In this document: piece by piece, positions 20,294 to 31,044 of the stretch
Layout: every line of letters starts with the position of its first letter
Numbering within the stretch: the first letter of the stretch is position 1
DNA from: Chloroflexota bacterium
GTDB lineage: Bacteria > Chloroflexota > Limnocylindria > Limnocylindrales > Limnocylindraceae
Direction: 5' to 3'
DNA: 50,191 nucleotides
Assembly (NCBI GenBank): GCA_026389535.1
Contig: JAPLHR010000079.1
Span: 1-50,191 of the forward strand
Notes under the pieces: generated by a model
Told to the model about the DNA's origin: nothing
Seen by the model: the letters and a program-made list of their open reading frames with translations, nothing else
Database searches by the model: none
Position numbers and translations under genes: made by a program

Positions 20294-21400
20294 TTACTTC
20301 TTTGCCCACTCAAGGACATTTACCGAGCCGTCAATGATCGCGGCCTTAAGGGCATCGACCTCTGCCTTGAGCTCAGCGGTTACGAGCGTACCGAAGGTGG
20401 CTGTCCAAGCCGACTCGGTGCGATCGAGCGTGGCGATCTGAACGCCACCGTTCTCGAGCGTACCGATGTAGTTGGTGCCGCCCATCTTGCCTGCGTAGTT
20501 GTCGTTCACTGCCGTGATCACTGCAGCACCGATGTTCTTCTGTGCTGAGGTCAGGAGCGTTCCACAATACTCAGGAAGGCTGACGCACTGGTCGAGGTCC
20601 ACACCGACCGAGTACTTGCCCGCATCCATCATTGCCTGATAGGTGCCGTTGCCCGTGGTGCCCGCAACTGCGTGCACAACGTCAGCGTTCTGGCCCATGA
20701 AGGCCTCTGCGGTCGTCTTACCAAAGTCCACGTCGTTGAACGGCGCGGTGCTTGGGTTGAACGTACCGGTGCCTGCGACTGGATCCCAGCCCAAGACGGA
20801 CGTAGCAACGCCCTTCTTGTCGGCGTAGTACTTGGCGCCGGCGACCCAGCCATCCATGAACTTGGTTACGCCTGGGTATGGGGCTCCACCGTAGGTGGCG
20901 ATGACGTGAGTCGTCGAGATGCCAGCTGCCAAGTAGGCGGCGAGCATCGAAGCCTCGTCGATCTGGAAGTCGATACCGGTGAAGTTCGCCGGAATCGTGC
21001 CATCCTCAAGTGCCCAGGTTGCGTCTACCCAGCCGAATGCAATGTCTGCATTGGCTGCGTCGAGGGCGGCTGCCTGCAGGGCGGTACCCTGGTTGTAGCC
21101 GACGGCGATCACGCTATTGCAGCCCTCGTCGATCAACTGCTGAATGTTCGGCACGTACGACGAATCATCAACAGCGGTCGTGTAGGCCGTCTGGAACCCT
21201 TCAGCCTTGAGTGCCTCGAGGCCCTCGTAGGCTGACTGGTTGAAGTTCTTGTCGGCAGGTCCGCCCGTGTCCAACGAGAGGCATGCCTTGTAATCGGCCT
21301 TCCCGGCATCGGCAGAGGCTGACGGCGAAGCCGTCGAGCCACCGCACGCTGCGGCGAGAAGAGCGAGAACGGTGAGGAGCGCGAACATTCGCGTCTTCAT
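20294..21400 (-). CDS. BMP/PnrA-family nucleoside-binding lipoprotein
   Basis: Lipobox LAAAC, DTGGPADKNFNQSAYEG, SVGVDLDQ, LTSAQK. Start placed at ATG 21400 with GGAGG upstream. Confidence 0.9.
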   Translation of the reverse strand: MKTRMFALLTVLALLAAACGGSTASPSASADAGKADYKACLSLDTGGPADKNFNQSAYEGLEALKAEGFQTAYTTAVDDSSYVPNIQQLIDEGCNSVIAVGYNQGTALQAAALDAANADIAFGWVDATWALEDGTIPANFTGIDFQIDEASMLAAYLAAGISTTHVIATYGGAPYPGVTKFMDGWVAGAKYYADKKGVATSVLGWDPVAGTGTFNPSTAPFNDVDFGKTTAEAFMGQNADVVHAVAGTTGNGTYQAMMDAGKYSVGVDLDQCVSLPEYCGTLLTSAQKNIGAAVITAVNDNYAGKMGGTNYIGTLENGGVQIATLDRTESAWTATFGTLVTAELKAEVDALKAAIIDGSVNVLEWAKK

Positions 21401-21550
21401 ATGTATGTAGCCCTCCGCTATTTCCTTTTGCTCAGACGCCCACGGCGACGAGCGGGCCAGCCATTCGCTGACCGTGGCGGAATTGTGCCTCATAACGGCG
21501 AGGGATGCGCACGCATTGCAATTCGGTAGCGGGAGAAGGTTGCGGCTCTG

Positions 21551-22597
21551 TTACATACCCCGTTGCGCGAGCCAAGATTCCAGAGCGTTCCTGAGACGGA
21601 CTTTGGTTCCCTGCTCGGCAAACGCGAAATCGTAACCAGTTCGCGCTAGGCCAATCAGGTCTGCAACCGGGAGCCCCAGCCGGCGGTGGACGCTGAGGTA
21701 CTCCTCGGAGAGGGTGACGTCGCTCACCACCAGGTCGTCGGTATTGAGGGTGATCGGCACGCCGCGCCGACGCAGTTCGGCAATCGGGAAATCTCCGTAG
21801 CCCGGAACGATGGCGGCCTGGGTGTTGCTGGTGGGGCAGAGGTCGAGCGAGACGTTGCGCGCCGCGAGCTCAGCACAGAGCGATGGGTCATCAACCGCGA
21901 CGCCACCATGAGCGATGCGCGCGGGCTGCACCTCAAGCGCGCGGCGCACCTGCGCGGCGCCGCCCCACTCCCCTGCATGGAGGGTGATAGCGAGTCCACC
22001 GCTGCGCGCGATGTCGAATGACTCTTTGAATGTGAGCGGGTCAGGGAAGGCCGCCTCGCGGCCAGCAAGATCGAACGCCACGACGCCAAGATCTTGGGCG
22101 GCGACTGCGGCAGTTGCGAGGCTGCGATTCTCTTCCAGCGAATGTGAGCGGAGAGCGGTGATGATGAGGCGCACCTCAATGCCGGTTTCTGCGGCTGCGC
22201 GTCGCGCGCCCGCAGCAACGGCGGCGATCACTTGCGACTGCGTCAGTCCCTTTGCGGTGTGGAGGTGTGGCCCCCAGCGCATTTCAAGGTAGGCGACGTT
22301 CTCTGCCGCCTTGGCGCGCACCAGCTGTTCGGCGGCACGATCAAGCGCCTCGGCATCTTGAAGAAGGGCGATCGGCAGGTCGAATGCACGCAGAAGATCG
22401 GCCTGATCGGCGCAACGCTCAGGGGCGACCAGCGCGGCGCGCATGCCTGCCCAATCCCGCGGGGCATCAACGTTGCGCGTTGCCGAAAGTTCGAGTGCCA
22501 AGGCAGGATCCAGTGAGCCATCAAGATGGAGGTGCAGCTCAGGCTTCGGCATCTCAAAGAAGAGGCGACGCGCATCATCGGCACGCTGGAACTCCAC
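21551..22597 (-). CDS. add: Adenosine/adenine deaminase
   Basis: ELHLHLDGS, HAGE, RIAHG, CPTSN, NTDD; SD GGAG upstream. Confidence 0.9.
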   Translation of the reverse strand: MEFQRADDARRLFFEMPKPELHLHLDGSLDPALALELSATRNVDAPRDWAGMRAALVAPERCADQADLLRAFDLPIALLQDAEALDRAAEQLVRAKAAENVAYLEMRWGPHLHTAKGLTQSQVIAAVAAGARRAAAETGIEVRLIITALRSHSLEENRSLATAAVAAQDLGVVAFDLAGREAAFPDPLTFKESFDIARSGGLAITLHAGEWGGAAQVRRALEVQPARIAHGGVAVDDPSLCAELAARNVSLDLCPTSNTQAAIVPGYGDFPIAELRRRGVPITLNTDDLVVSDVTLSEEYLSVHRRLGLPVADLIGLARTGYDFAFAEQGTKVRLRNALESWLAQRGM

Positions 22598-22675
22598 GGC
22601 TCCCCTCCCCTCGCGTTGTCTCGCAGGCTGCGCACCCGCGTGCGCATCTCCGCGAGAGAGAGGATACTCCTCCGT

Positions 22676-23611
22676 ATGAGCTCGTCACTACCAGTTGCGA
22701 CAGATTCGCGAGCGCTCGGGGCCTGGCTCCGTGACGCGACCCCCGTTGACCGTGTTGGCATTGAGGAGCGTGTCGCCACCCTAAAGACCCGCTCCATTAA
22801 GAAGTCCTCCAAGGTGTGGGCGCTCCGCCTGGCGTTGAGCATGTGCGACCTCACCACCCTCGAAGGGAGAGACACGCCAGGGAAGATCCGCCAACTGGCG
22901 ACCAAGGCGATGCGCCCGCTCCCTGGTGATGCCTCAATGCCCTCGGTCGCGGCGCTCTGCTGCTACCCCGACCTTGTTGGCGTGGCGAAAGAGGCGCTCA
23001 AGGGGAGCAGCGTCAAGGTTGCCGCAGTCGCCACCGCCTTTCCGAGCGGCCGCTCGTGGATCGACCTAAAGATCGCCGAGACGAAGTACGCGGTTGCCGC
23101 TGGTGCCGACGAGATTGACATGGTGATCGACCGTGGCGCATTCCTCGCCGGTGATTACGCCAAGGTGTGGGACGAGATCGTCGCCGTAAAAGAAGCCTGT
23201 GGGCCTGCGCATCTGAAGGTCATCCTTGAGACAGGCGAACTCGGTACCTACGACGATGTGCGACGCGCATCTGCACTCGCTATCGCCGCGGGCGGCGACT
23301 TCATCAAAACCTCAACGGGCAAGGTCACGCCAGCGGCGACGCTACCGGTGACGCTCGTCATGCTTGAAACGATTCGCGAGCATTGGAACCGCACCGGAAA
23401 GGTGGTGGGCATGAAGCCCGCCGGCGGTATCCGCACAGCGAAAGAGGCGATCCAATATCTAGTGGTCGTTCACGAAACGCGCGGCCCTGACTTGTTGACC
23501 CCCGACCGCTTCCGCTTCGGCGCATCAAGCCTCGTCAACGATCTGCTGATGCAGCTCGAAAAAGAGGTGACGGGCGCATACGCCGATCCGGACGACTTCA
23601 CCCTCGACTAG
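22676..23611 (+). CDS. deoC: 2-deoxyribose-5-phosphate aldolase
   Basis: DLTTL, GADEIDMVI, LKVILETGEL, FIKTSTGK, KPAGGIR, RFGASS. Start placed at ATG 22676, because the longer ORF overlaps add. Confidence 0.95.
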   Translation: MSSSLPVATDSRALGAWLRDATPVDRVGIEERVATLKTRSIKKSSKVWALRLALSMCDLTTLEGRDTPGKIRQLATKAMRPLPGDASMPSVAALCCYPDLVGVAKEALKGSSVKVAAVATAFPSGRSWIDLKIAETKYAVAAGADEIDMVIDRGAFLAGDYAKVWDEIVAVKEACGPAHLKVILETGELGTYDDVRRASALAIAAGGDFIKTSTGKVTPAATLPVTLVMLETIREHWNRTGKVVGMKPAGGIRTAKEAIQYLVVVHETRGPDLLTPDRFRFGASSLVNDLLMQLEKEVTGAYADPDDFTLD

Positions 23612-23652
23612 CGCGCACTGATCGGCGCGCCGCACAGGCGCCGGAGCGTCGG

Positions 23653-24594
23653 CTACGAGCCGATCGGGTGCCAGACGGTCTTCATTTCGAGGAAGGCGGT
23701 AATGCCGTCGATGCGCTCGCCGCGCTCACCATCAAAGGCGTCCGCGCGATCCTTCACCCCATGCGGGCGACGCGCGACGCGGGCGACGTGCTCGGCGGCA
23801 CCCTGCTCCGCCTCGACGAGCAGTGCGTCGGGGCAGCCCCACAGGTCGAACCCATCGATATCGGCGTGACGCACCAGGTGCGGCAAGAGTTCCGCTCGGC
23901 GTGCGGTGATGATGTTCACCACGCCCGCCGGAACGTCGCTCACGGCGAGTGTTTCAGCCAGGGTGACGGCGGGGAGCGGCGCCGATTCGCTCGCCAACAC
24001 AATCGCCACGTTCCCTCCAGCGAGGATGCCGCCGAGACGCGAGACGAGACCGAGGAGCGGCGATGCCTCAGGGGCGATGGAGGCGATAACGCCGGTCGGC
24101 TCTGGAAGGGTGAAGACGAAGTGCGATGAGGCGACAGGATTGGTGCCACCAAGCACAGCGGCGAGCTTGTCGGGCCAGCCTGCATACCAGACCATGCGAT
24201 CGATAGCGGCGGAGACCTCTGCTGCCGCGTCGGACTTTGATGCGCCGTGACTGATCAGGTCATCGCGGAATTGCGCGGCGCGACCCTCCATCAGTTCGGC
24301 AACGCGATAGAGGATCTGCCCGCGCACCATTGCAGTGCGTGCGGCCCACGGCTCGGCGGCGATTCGCGCAACGCGCACCGCTTCACGCAGGTCCTTGCGC
24401 GAGCCGCGTGCAATGTTGGCGACGCCGCCCTTTGCGAGTTGAACCTCTTGGCTTCGACCAGATTCGCTCCGTGGGAATGCGCCGCCGATGTAGAGCTTGG
24501 CGGTCCGGCGCACCTCAAGACGCTCGGAGCCCTCTGACGACTCAATCGTCAGCGGGAGGTTGAGCTTCTCAGTGCGCTTCGACTTCTTCCCCAT
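23653..24594 (-). CDS. Short, probably non-catalytic aldehyde dehydrogenase subunit (ALDH16 C-terminal-like)
   Basis: KLYIGGAFPRSESGR, WYAGWPDK, EPTGV, C-terminal KTVWHPIG; lacks the ELGG and catalytic Cys segments. Confidence 0.8.
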   Translation of the reverse strand: MGKKSKRTEKLNLPLTIESSEGSERLEVRRTAKLYIGGAFPRSESGRSQEVQLAKGGVANIARGSRKDLREAVRVARIAAEPWAARTAMVRGQILYRVAELMEGRAAQFRDDLISHGASKSDAAAEVSAAIDRMVWYAGWPDKLAAVLGGTNPVASSHFVFTLPEPTGVIASIAPEASPLLGLVSRLGGILAGGNVAIVLASESAPLPAVTLAETLAVSDVPAGVVNIITARRAELLPHLVRHADIDGFDLWGCPDALLVEAEQGAAEHVARVARRPHGVKDRADAFDGERGERIDGITAFLEMKTVWHPIGS

Positions 24595-24596
24595 GA

Positions 24597-26156
<1,560 letters not shown>

Positions 26157-26162
26157 AGGTGC

Positions 26163-26168
26163 ATCCTA
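26163..26168 (-). promoter_or_regulatory. -10 box TAGGAT 6 nt before ATG 26156 (leaderless)
   Basis: TAGGAT-gcacct-ATG; no SD. Confidence 0.6.
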
Positions 26169-26204
26169 GCGCGCCCACCACTTCCAGCGACGCGGCGTAT
26201 CGCC

Positions 26205-26210
26205 TACCCT
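26205..26210 (+). promoter_or_regulatory. -10 box TACCCT 6 nt before ATG 26217 (leaderless)
   Basis: TACCCT-tcgcgc-ATG; no SD. Confidence 0.6.
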
Positions 26211-26216
26211 TCGCGC

Positions 26217-27749
26217 ATGACAAGTCGCGCATCAGGGGCAACTCCCCCGTTCACCCCAACGATGCTGATTGACGGCGCCTCATGTGGGGCTGCCGGCGGG
26301 CGAACCTTCACCCTGCGCCACCCCGCCACGGGCGCAGCGATCGGTGAGATCCCACACGCTTCGGCCGCCGACGTTGACGCCGCCATCGCTGCAGCCCGAC
26401 GTGCGTTTGATACTGGAGGCTGGCGCACGACGCTCCCCGCGGAGCGCGCGCGTCTTCTCCTTGCACTCGCAGACGCTGTAGAGCGCGAGGCCGATCACTT
26501 CGCCGATCTTGAGGTGTGGCAGACGGGCACCGCGCGCAAACTGCGACGCGACGGCGACATTCCCGCCGTCGTTGACCATTTGCGCTACTTCGCTGGCGTC
26601 CTGCGTACCCCCGATGGGATCGCCGCAGGTGAGTACACCGGCAACCACACCTCCATGATTCGGCGGGAGCCGATCGGCGTTGCCGCACTGATCGCGCCGT
26701 GGAACTATCCGCTCGCCATGGCGGTCTGGCAGGCGGCGCCCGCGCTGGCCGCCGGCAACACCGTCGTCATGAAGCCAGCCAGCGCCACACCGCTCGCAGC
26801 ACTACGGCTGGCAGAGTTGGCGCGCGAAGTTGGCTTCCCTGCGGGGGTCGTCAATGTCATCACCGGACCAGGTGCCGAGATCGGCGCGCAATTCGCCGCA
26901 GATCCGCGCATCGACATCATCGCCCTCACGGGCGATAGCGCAACTGGTCGAGAACTGATGGCTGCCGGCGCGCCAACGCTGAAGCGTCTGCATCTAGAGC
27001 TTGGTGGTAAGGCGCCGTTCGTTGTCTTTGCCGACGCCGACATTGAGGCCGCCGCGCGAGGGGCGATCGCTGGAGCCTTCGTCAACGCTGGTCAGGACTG
27101 CACCGCAGCCACGCGCCTCTACGCGCAGAGCGACATCTTCGACCGCCTCGTGGCCCGCATTGCTGAGCTCACCGCGCAGGTGCGCATCGGTGACCCTTTT
27201 GATCCGACGACAGATCTCGGCTCGCTCATCTCGCGCACGCATCGCGATCGAGTCGCTGGCTACGTTGATCGCGCCGTTGCCGCAGGGGCGCGGATCGTGG
27301 TGGGCGGCAGTGCGCAGCCGAAGGGCGTCCCAGCTGAGGGTGCCTACTTCGCGCCAACGCTCATCGTCGGCGCGCAGCAGTCCAGCGAGATTGTGCAGCA
27401 GGAGGTCTTTGGTCCGGTGCTCGTGGCTCTCCCATTCAGTGACGAGGCCGAAGCGATCGCCCTCGCAAACGACACGCCGTATGGCCTCGCCTCCAGCTGC
27501 TGGACGAGCGATGTGGCGCGCGCCCATCGCATGGCAGCCGCTCTTAACTTCGGCTCAGTGCTGATCAACGACCATCTCCCCTTCCTGAGCGAGATGCCGC
27601 ATGGTGGCTTCAAGCAGTCGGGATTCGGCAAGGACCTAAGCCGCTACTCCTTTGAGGAGTACACGCAGATCAAGCACGTAGCAATTGAGATCACTGGCGA
27701 GGCCGAGAAGGGCTGGCACTGGACGATCTTCGGAGATCCGAAGAGGTAG
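26217..27749 (+). CDS. Gamma-aminobutyraldehyde dehydrogenase-like ALDH (PatD/YdcW type)
   Basis: AGEYTGNHTSMIRREPIGV, APWNYPL, LELGGKAP, NAGQDCTAATR, SEMPHGGFKQSGFGKDLS. Confidence 0.85.
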   Translation: MTSRASGATPPFTPTMLIDGASCGAAGGRTFTLRHPATGAAIGEIPHASAADVDAAIAAARRAFDTGGWRTTLPAERARLLLALADAVEREADHFADLEVWQTGTARKLRRDGDIPAVVDHLRYFAGVLRTPDGIAAGEYTGNHTSMIRREPIGVAALIAPWNYPLAMAVWQAAPALAAGNTVVMKPASATPLAALRLAELAREVGFPAGVVNVITGPGAEIGAQFAADPRIDIIALTGDSATGRELMAAGAPTLKRLHLELGGKAPFVVFADADIEAAARGAIAGAFVNAGQDCTAATRLYAQSDIFDRLVARIAELTAQVRIGDPFDPTTDLGSLISRTHRDRVAGYVDRAVAAGARIVVGGSAQPKGVPAEGAYFAPTLIVGAQQSSEIVQQEVFGPVLVALPFSDEAEAIALANDTPYGLASSCWTSDVARAHRMAAALNFGSVLINDHLPFLSEMPHGGFKQSGFGKDLSRYSFEEYTQIKHVAIEITGEAEKGWHWTIFGDPKR

Positions 27750-27755
27750 TTCCCC

Positions 27756-28160
27756 TTAGCTCCCGAGGAGCAGGTCGAGCCACGCGTCGAGCGGCGAGCG
27801 AGTTGGCGCATCAGGACTGAACCGCCGTGCGCCAGACCCCGGAGCATCCTCTGGAAGTGGCGCCGCGTCAGCCGCTAAGACGAACGGGCGTTCCACAGTG
27901 GAGCCGAGGCTGTAGCCGCGCGCAACCAACTCGAGGAAGGCGGCGTCCTCGAGGAGCACCCGCTCCGCAGTAAGTGCGTCGGCCCGAGCCTGGAGCGCCG
28001 CAGTCTCGTCGCGCAGCTGCGCCAACCGCGTATTCACCTGAATCACGCCGATCAGATTTCGCCCAAACTCCACGACGAAGAGCGTCACCAGCAGGGCCTG
28101 CCCGAGGAAGATCAGGGCGCCGCGCGTGGTGCTGGTGCGTCGGCGAATCATGACCCTCAT
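27756..28160 (-). CDS. Septum formation initiator (FtsB/DivIC-like)
   Basis: Basic N-terminus, one TM, coiled-coil, then LEDAAFLELVARGYSLG...ERPF, similar to the FtsB E..AR..lg.v...E motif. Confidence 0.65.
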   Translation of the reverse strand: MRVMIRRRTSTTRGALIFLGQALLVTLFVVEFGRNLIGVIQVNTRLAQLRDETAALQARADALTAERVLLEDAAFLELVARGYSLGSTVERPFVLAADAAPLPEDAPGSGARRFSPDAPTRSPLDAWLDLLLGS

Positions 28161-28214
28161 GACCCCAGTCTCCGCGCCACACCCATCGGCGTCAAGCAGG
28201 GGCGCTGCGCGGGG

Positions 28215-28223
28215 TGCTAGCCT
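28215..28223 (+). promoter_or_regulatory. Extended -10 TGC-TAGCCT 7 nt before GTG 28231 (leaderless)
   Basis: TGcTAGCCT-gcgcggc-GTG. Confidence 0.55.
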
Positions 28224-28230
28224 GCGCGGC

Positions 28231-28647
28231 GTGTACTTCTATGAACTTCACGAGGCGGACGACGAACTCGCTATCGGCATGACCCTCGCCCACGACGAGG
28301 CCTTCGCCCCGAGCGAGTTCTTGGCAATGGTGGAGACCGCCCGGAGTCGGGTGATGGAAACCTTTACCGAGGAGACCCTCATTGAGGCGATCGCCGCTGA
28401 GCTTGAACGCGAGCACGACTTTGCCGCCTCACTGGATTCCCGCCTGGTGGCCGCAGTGGGCATCTCTTCTGAGGAGGGCGAGACCCGCCTTCTAACGCAC
28501 GAGGGGGCGGGTGCCCACGCCGCTGACGAAGGCGAGGAGGAGGATCCCGACCTTGCCATCGCTGAGGCGCTGCTCTCAGGACGTGAGCCGATCGGCCTGC
28601 GCACCGCTGTCGTGGACCTAGAGAAGAACGAGTCGCTCGACTCTTAA
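28231..28647 (+). CDS. Hypothetical acidic protein (138 aa)
   Basis: Fills the gap between minus-strand genes; protein-like composition starts at MYFYELHE; in-frame GTG preceded by a -10 box. Confidence 0.7.
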   Translation: MYFYELHEADDELAIGMTLAHDEAFAPSEFLAMVETARSRVMETFTEETLIEAIAAELEREHDFAASLDSRLVAAVGISSEEGETRLLTHEGAGAHAADEGEEEDPDLAIAEALLSGREPIGLRTAVVDLEKNESLDS

Positions 28648-28663
28648 GGGCGTGGAGCTCGGG

Positions 28664-30271
28664 CTACCAGCGAGGCAGACCCTTTGAGCCCTTCCAGACT
28701 TGATTCATGATCGGTACGCCATCGGTGGCGACGTCAACGAAGTTTGGCTGTGATTGGTTGAGGATCACCGTTGGCAACATGCGCGTGCTGACCAGCCGTG
28801 ATCCCACGAATGTTGATTCAATAACGAGCCCCTCAGACGTTTCAACGGACCAGTTCTGGTCGAAGACGAAGTTCCCCATGGAGTAGAAGACCGGCTTGTC
28901 GTTGATGATCTCCATGGCACTCGCCCAGTGCGAGTGCGATCCAAGGATCATGTCGGCACCAGCCTCGATAGCCCGCTTGGCAAACCTACGCTGTGAGGCG
29001 GTCGGCTGCGCCTGGAACTCCAAGCCCCAGTGCGGGAAAACGATGACGACGTCGGCACCAGCGGCGCGAGCCGCCGCAATGGAGGCGCGCATCTCAAGGA
29101 CCCCAATCGGCGCACTCCCCGGCCGGTTTGCCCGCGCGTGCGTGCTCGGGTTTACCTGGTCGACTGCAACGATGCCCACGGTGATGCCACCAACGTCGGT
29201 GAGCCACGGGCGCTGCGCCTCAGCAAGGTTTGCCCCGGCGCCACCGCTGCCCATGCCGGCAGCTTTTACAGCGGCAATAGTCTCGGGGATGCGATAGACG
29301 CCCCCATCGCCGATGTGATTGTTTGCCAGCGAGAGGAAATCAAAGCCTGCCTCTTTCACCACCCGCAGAAGCGCGGGGTTTCCCGTGAAGGTTGTACCTG
29401 AGTTGTGTTGGCGCCACTTCTTCGGTGTTGGCGATTCAAGGTTCGCGATCGAGAGATCTGCCTGCTGGAAGAGTGAGCGCATCAGGCCGTTGATGCCGCC
29501 ACCGCTTACGTAGCGCGCGGCGACACGTGGCACGCCAAATTGGCTGCAACAGGTTGTGCCAGTGATATCGGCAAAGCCGCCATCAAAGAGCGATTCTGCC
29601 CCACGCTTTGAGCGCTTCGCGTTGGCTGAAACGCCACGGTCAAGCAGGATGTCGCCACCAGCTGCCAGAGTCCATGCGGTTGCAGGATCGTACGCGAGCG
29701 GACCGGAGAGCCAATCTGCAGGAATCGATGCGTCGAGGGGAAGCTCGGCGCGCAGCGGCCAATCGGCCAGCGAAGCAACGCGCTGCACGCCAACGATTGC
29801 AGCCCCCTCCCACGTAAGGGTGCGAAGCGCCGGCTCAAGGGCGGCGAGTCGCACGAACCCTGCCGCCTTCTCATCAGCGGCGAGTGCCGCCTTGAGGGCG
29901 GTGCGGTCCGCGACGAGTGTCAGGCGAGATGTGATTGAGGTGGCCGAGAGGCCGAGTGCCGCAAGGATGGCGCTCGACTCCGGCGCAATCAGGATCAGTT
30001 TGGTGATCGGTAGCTTCCCCCCGACCTCAGTGAGGCGCGCGACCCCAACGCTCGTGAGCGCGGTGAGGGTGCTGCGGTATCCGGCAACGGGGATCAGCGG
30101 GCTCCGTGTGTCGCTGGTCGGTGAGGGGCTTGCGCTAGCCGAAGGATCTCCGCTCGCCCCCGACGGCGCAGCAGAGGTGCCACACGCGGCGGCAAGCAGG
30201 AGTGCGAGCGCGAGCGTGAAGAGGCTGCGACGTCGCGGCAACGGGGCCTGGGTCACAGCGGGCAGATGCAC
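28664..30271 (-). CDS. CapA/PGA_cap-family metallophosphoesterase-like lipoprotein
   Basis: Lipobox LAAAC; AGGDILL, ANLESP, SLANNHIGD, PHWGLE, GSHSH, YSMGNFVFDQ. Confidence 0.88.
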   Translation of the reverse strand: MHLPAVTQAPLPRRRSLFTLALALLLAAACGTSAAPSGASGDPSASASPSPTSDTRSPLIPVAGYRSTLTALTSVGVARLTEVGGKLPITKLILIAPESSAILAALGLSATSITSRLTLVADRTALKAALAADEKAAGFVRLAALEPALRTLTWEGAAIVGVQRVASLADWPLRAELPLDASIPADWLSGPLAYDPATAWTLAAGGDILLDRGVSANAKRSKRGAESLFDGGFADITGTTCCSQFGVPRVAARYVSGGGINGLMRSLFQQADLSIANLESPTPKKWRQHNSGTTFTGNPALLRVVKEAGFDFLSLANNHIGDGGVYRIPETIAAVKAAGMGSGGAGANLAEAQRPWLTDVGGITVGIVAVDQVNPSTHARANRPGSAPIGVLEMRASIAAARAAGADVVIVFPHWGLEFQAQPTASQRRFAKRAIEAGADMILGSHSHWASAMEIINDKPVFYSMGNFVFDQNWSVETSEGLVIESTFVGSRLVSTRMLPTVILNQSQPNFVDVATDGVPIMNQVWKGSKGLPRW

Positions 30272-30276
30272 ACCGC

Positions 30277-30283
30277 TATCCTA
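30277..30283. promoter_or_regulatory. Bidirectional -10 element TATCCTA serving the capA-like gene (-) and mtnN (+)
   Basis: Plus TATCCT + 6 nt + ATG 30289; minus TAGGAT + 6 nt + GTG 30271; only 17 nt separate the two start codons. Confidence 0.7.
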
Positions 30284-30288
30284 CCCCC

Positions 30289-31044
30289 ATGCCGCAACAC
30301 TTCCGCCCATCAGGCCCAACGCTCATCGCTGCCGCGCTCAGCGAGGAGCGCGCCGCCCTTGAGGCGCTCGCCACCGACCTGGTGCCGCACACACTGCCAG
30401 GACTTGTAGAGGGTGCACTGCTCATCGGCCACATCGACACACACCCGGTCGCCCTGCTGCGCTGTGGAGTCGGCAAGGTCGCCTCGGTGGTTGCAGTCAC
30501 CGCCGCCCTGGCAGTTGAGCCCCGCTGCGTGATCTCGGTCGGCTCCGCCGGCGCCCTGCATGCGGGATATCGCGTCGGCGACGTCCTACTCGCCGATGGT
30601 GTCTTGCAGCATGACTTTGCCGCAGCAGAGGCCGATGGCTTTCGACTCTTCGGCTACGGCGCAGAAATTCCGTCGAAAGGCGACCCCCTACTCGTCGCCG
30701 ATACCGAGCTCGTCACCGCAGCGTTTGATGCCGCCACACCAACAACGACACGCCTTGGGATCAACCTCCGTCGCGGCCGCATCGCCACCGGCGACTGGTT
30801 TGTCGCCGACCAGAAGGTTCGCGATGCGATTGCCGCCCGCAGCTCAGCCGACCTCGTTGAGATGGAGGGGGCGGCCATCGCCTATGCGGCACGCACGCAC
30901 GGCATCCCCTGGCTGGTGATCCGCAGCGTAAGCGACTCTGGTGATGGCGAGGCCACGCTGAGCTTCTGGGAGTATCTCGCGCTCGCCTCAAAGAACGCCG
31001 CCGAGATTGTGCGCGCCATCCTGCCAGCGCTGGAGCGCCGCTAG
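30289..31044 (+). CDS. mtnN: 5'-methylthioadenosine/S-adenosylhomocysteine nucleosidase
   Basis: GVGKVAS, GSAGAL, GDVL...QHD, IATGDWFV, VEMEGAA, IRSVSD. Confidence 0.88.
   Translation: MPQHFRPSGPTLIAAALSEERAALEALATDLVPHTLPGLVEGALLIGHIDTHPVALLRCGVGKVASVVAVTAALAVEPRCVISVGSAGALHAGYRVGDVLLADGVLQHDFAAAEADGFRLFGYGAEIPSKGDPLLVADTELVTAAFDAATPTTTRLGINLRRGRIATGDWFVADQKVRDAIAARSSADLVEMEGAAIAYAARTHGIPWLVIRSVSDSGDGEATLSFWEYLALASKNAAEIVRAILPALERR

Noticed and set aside
22526-22675. N-terminal extensions given by the ORF track (deoC, topA, ftsH, BMP, ridA, tsaD, NUDIX, 28126 ORF)
   Set aside because: They overlap neighbouring genes or promoters; downstream starts fit SD, -10 or stop-start coupling and family N-termini better.
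23612-23652. Intrinsic terminator between the convergent deoC and ALDH genes
   Set aside because: Only a short GCGCGC inverted repeat with no U-tract; too weak to call.
28664-30271. Poly-gamma-glutamate capsule locus
   Set aside because: Only a CapA-domain gene is present, with no capB/capC; CapA homologs are widespread without capsule synthesis.
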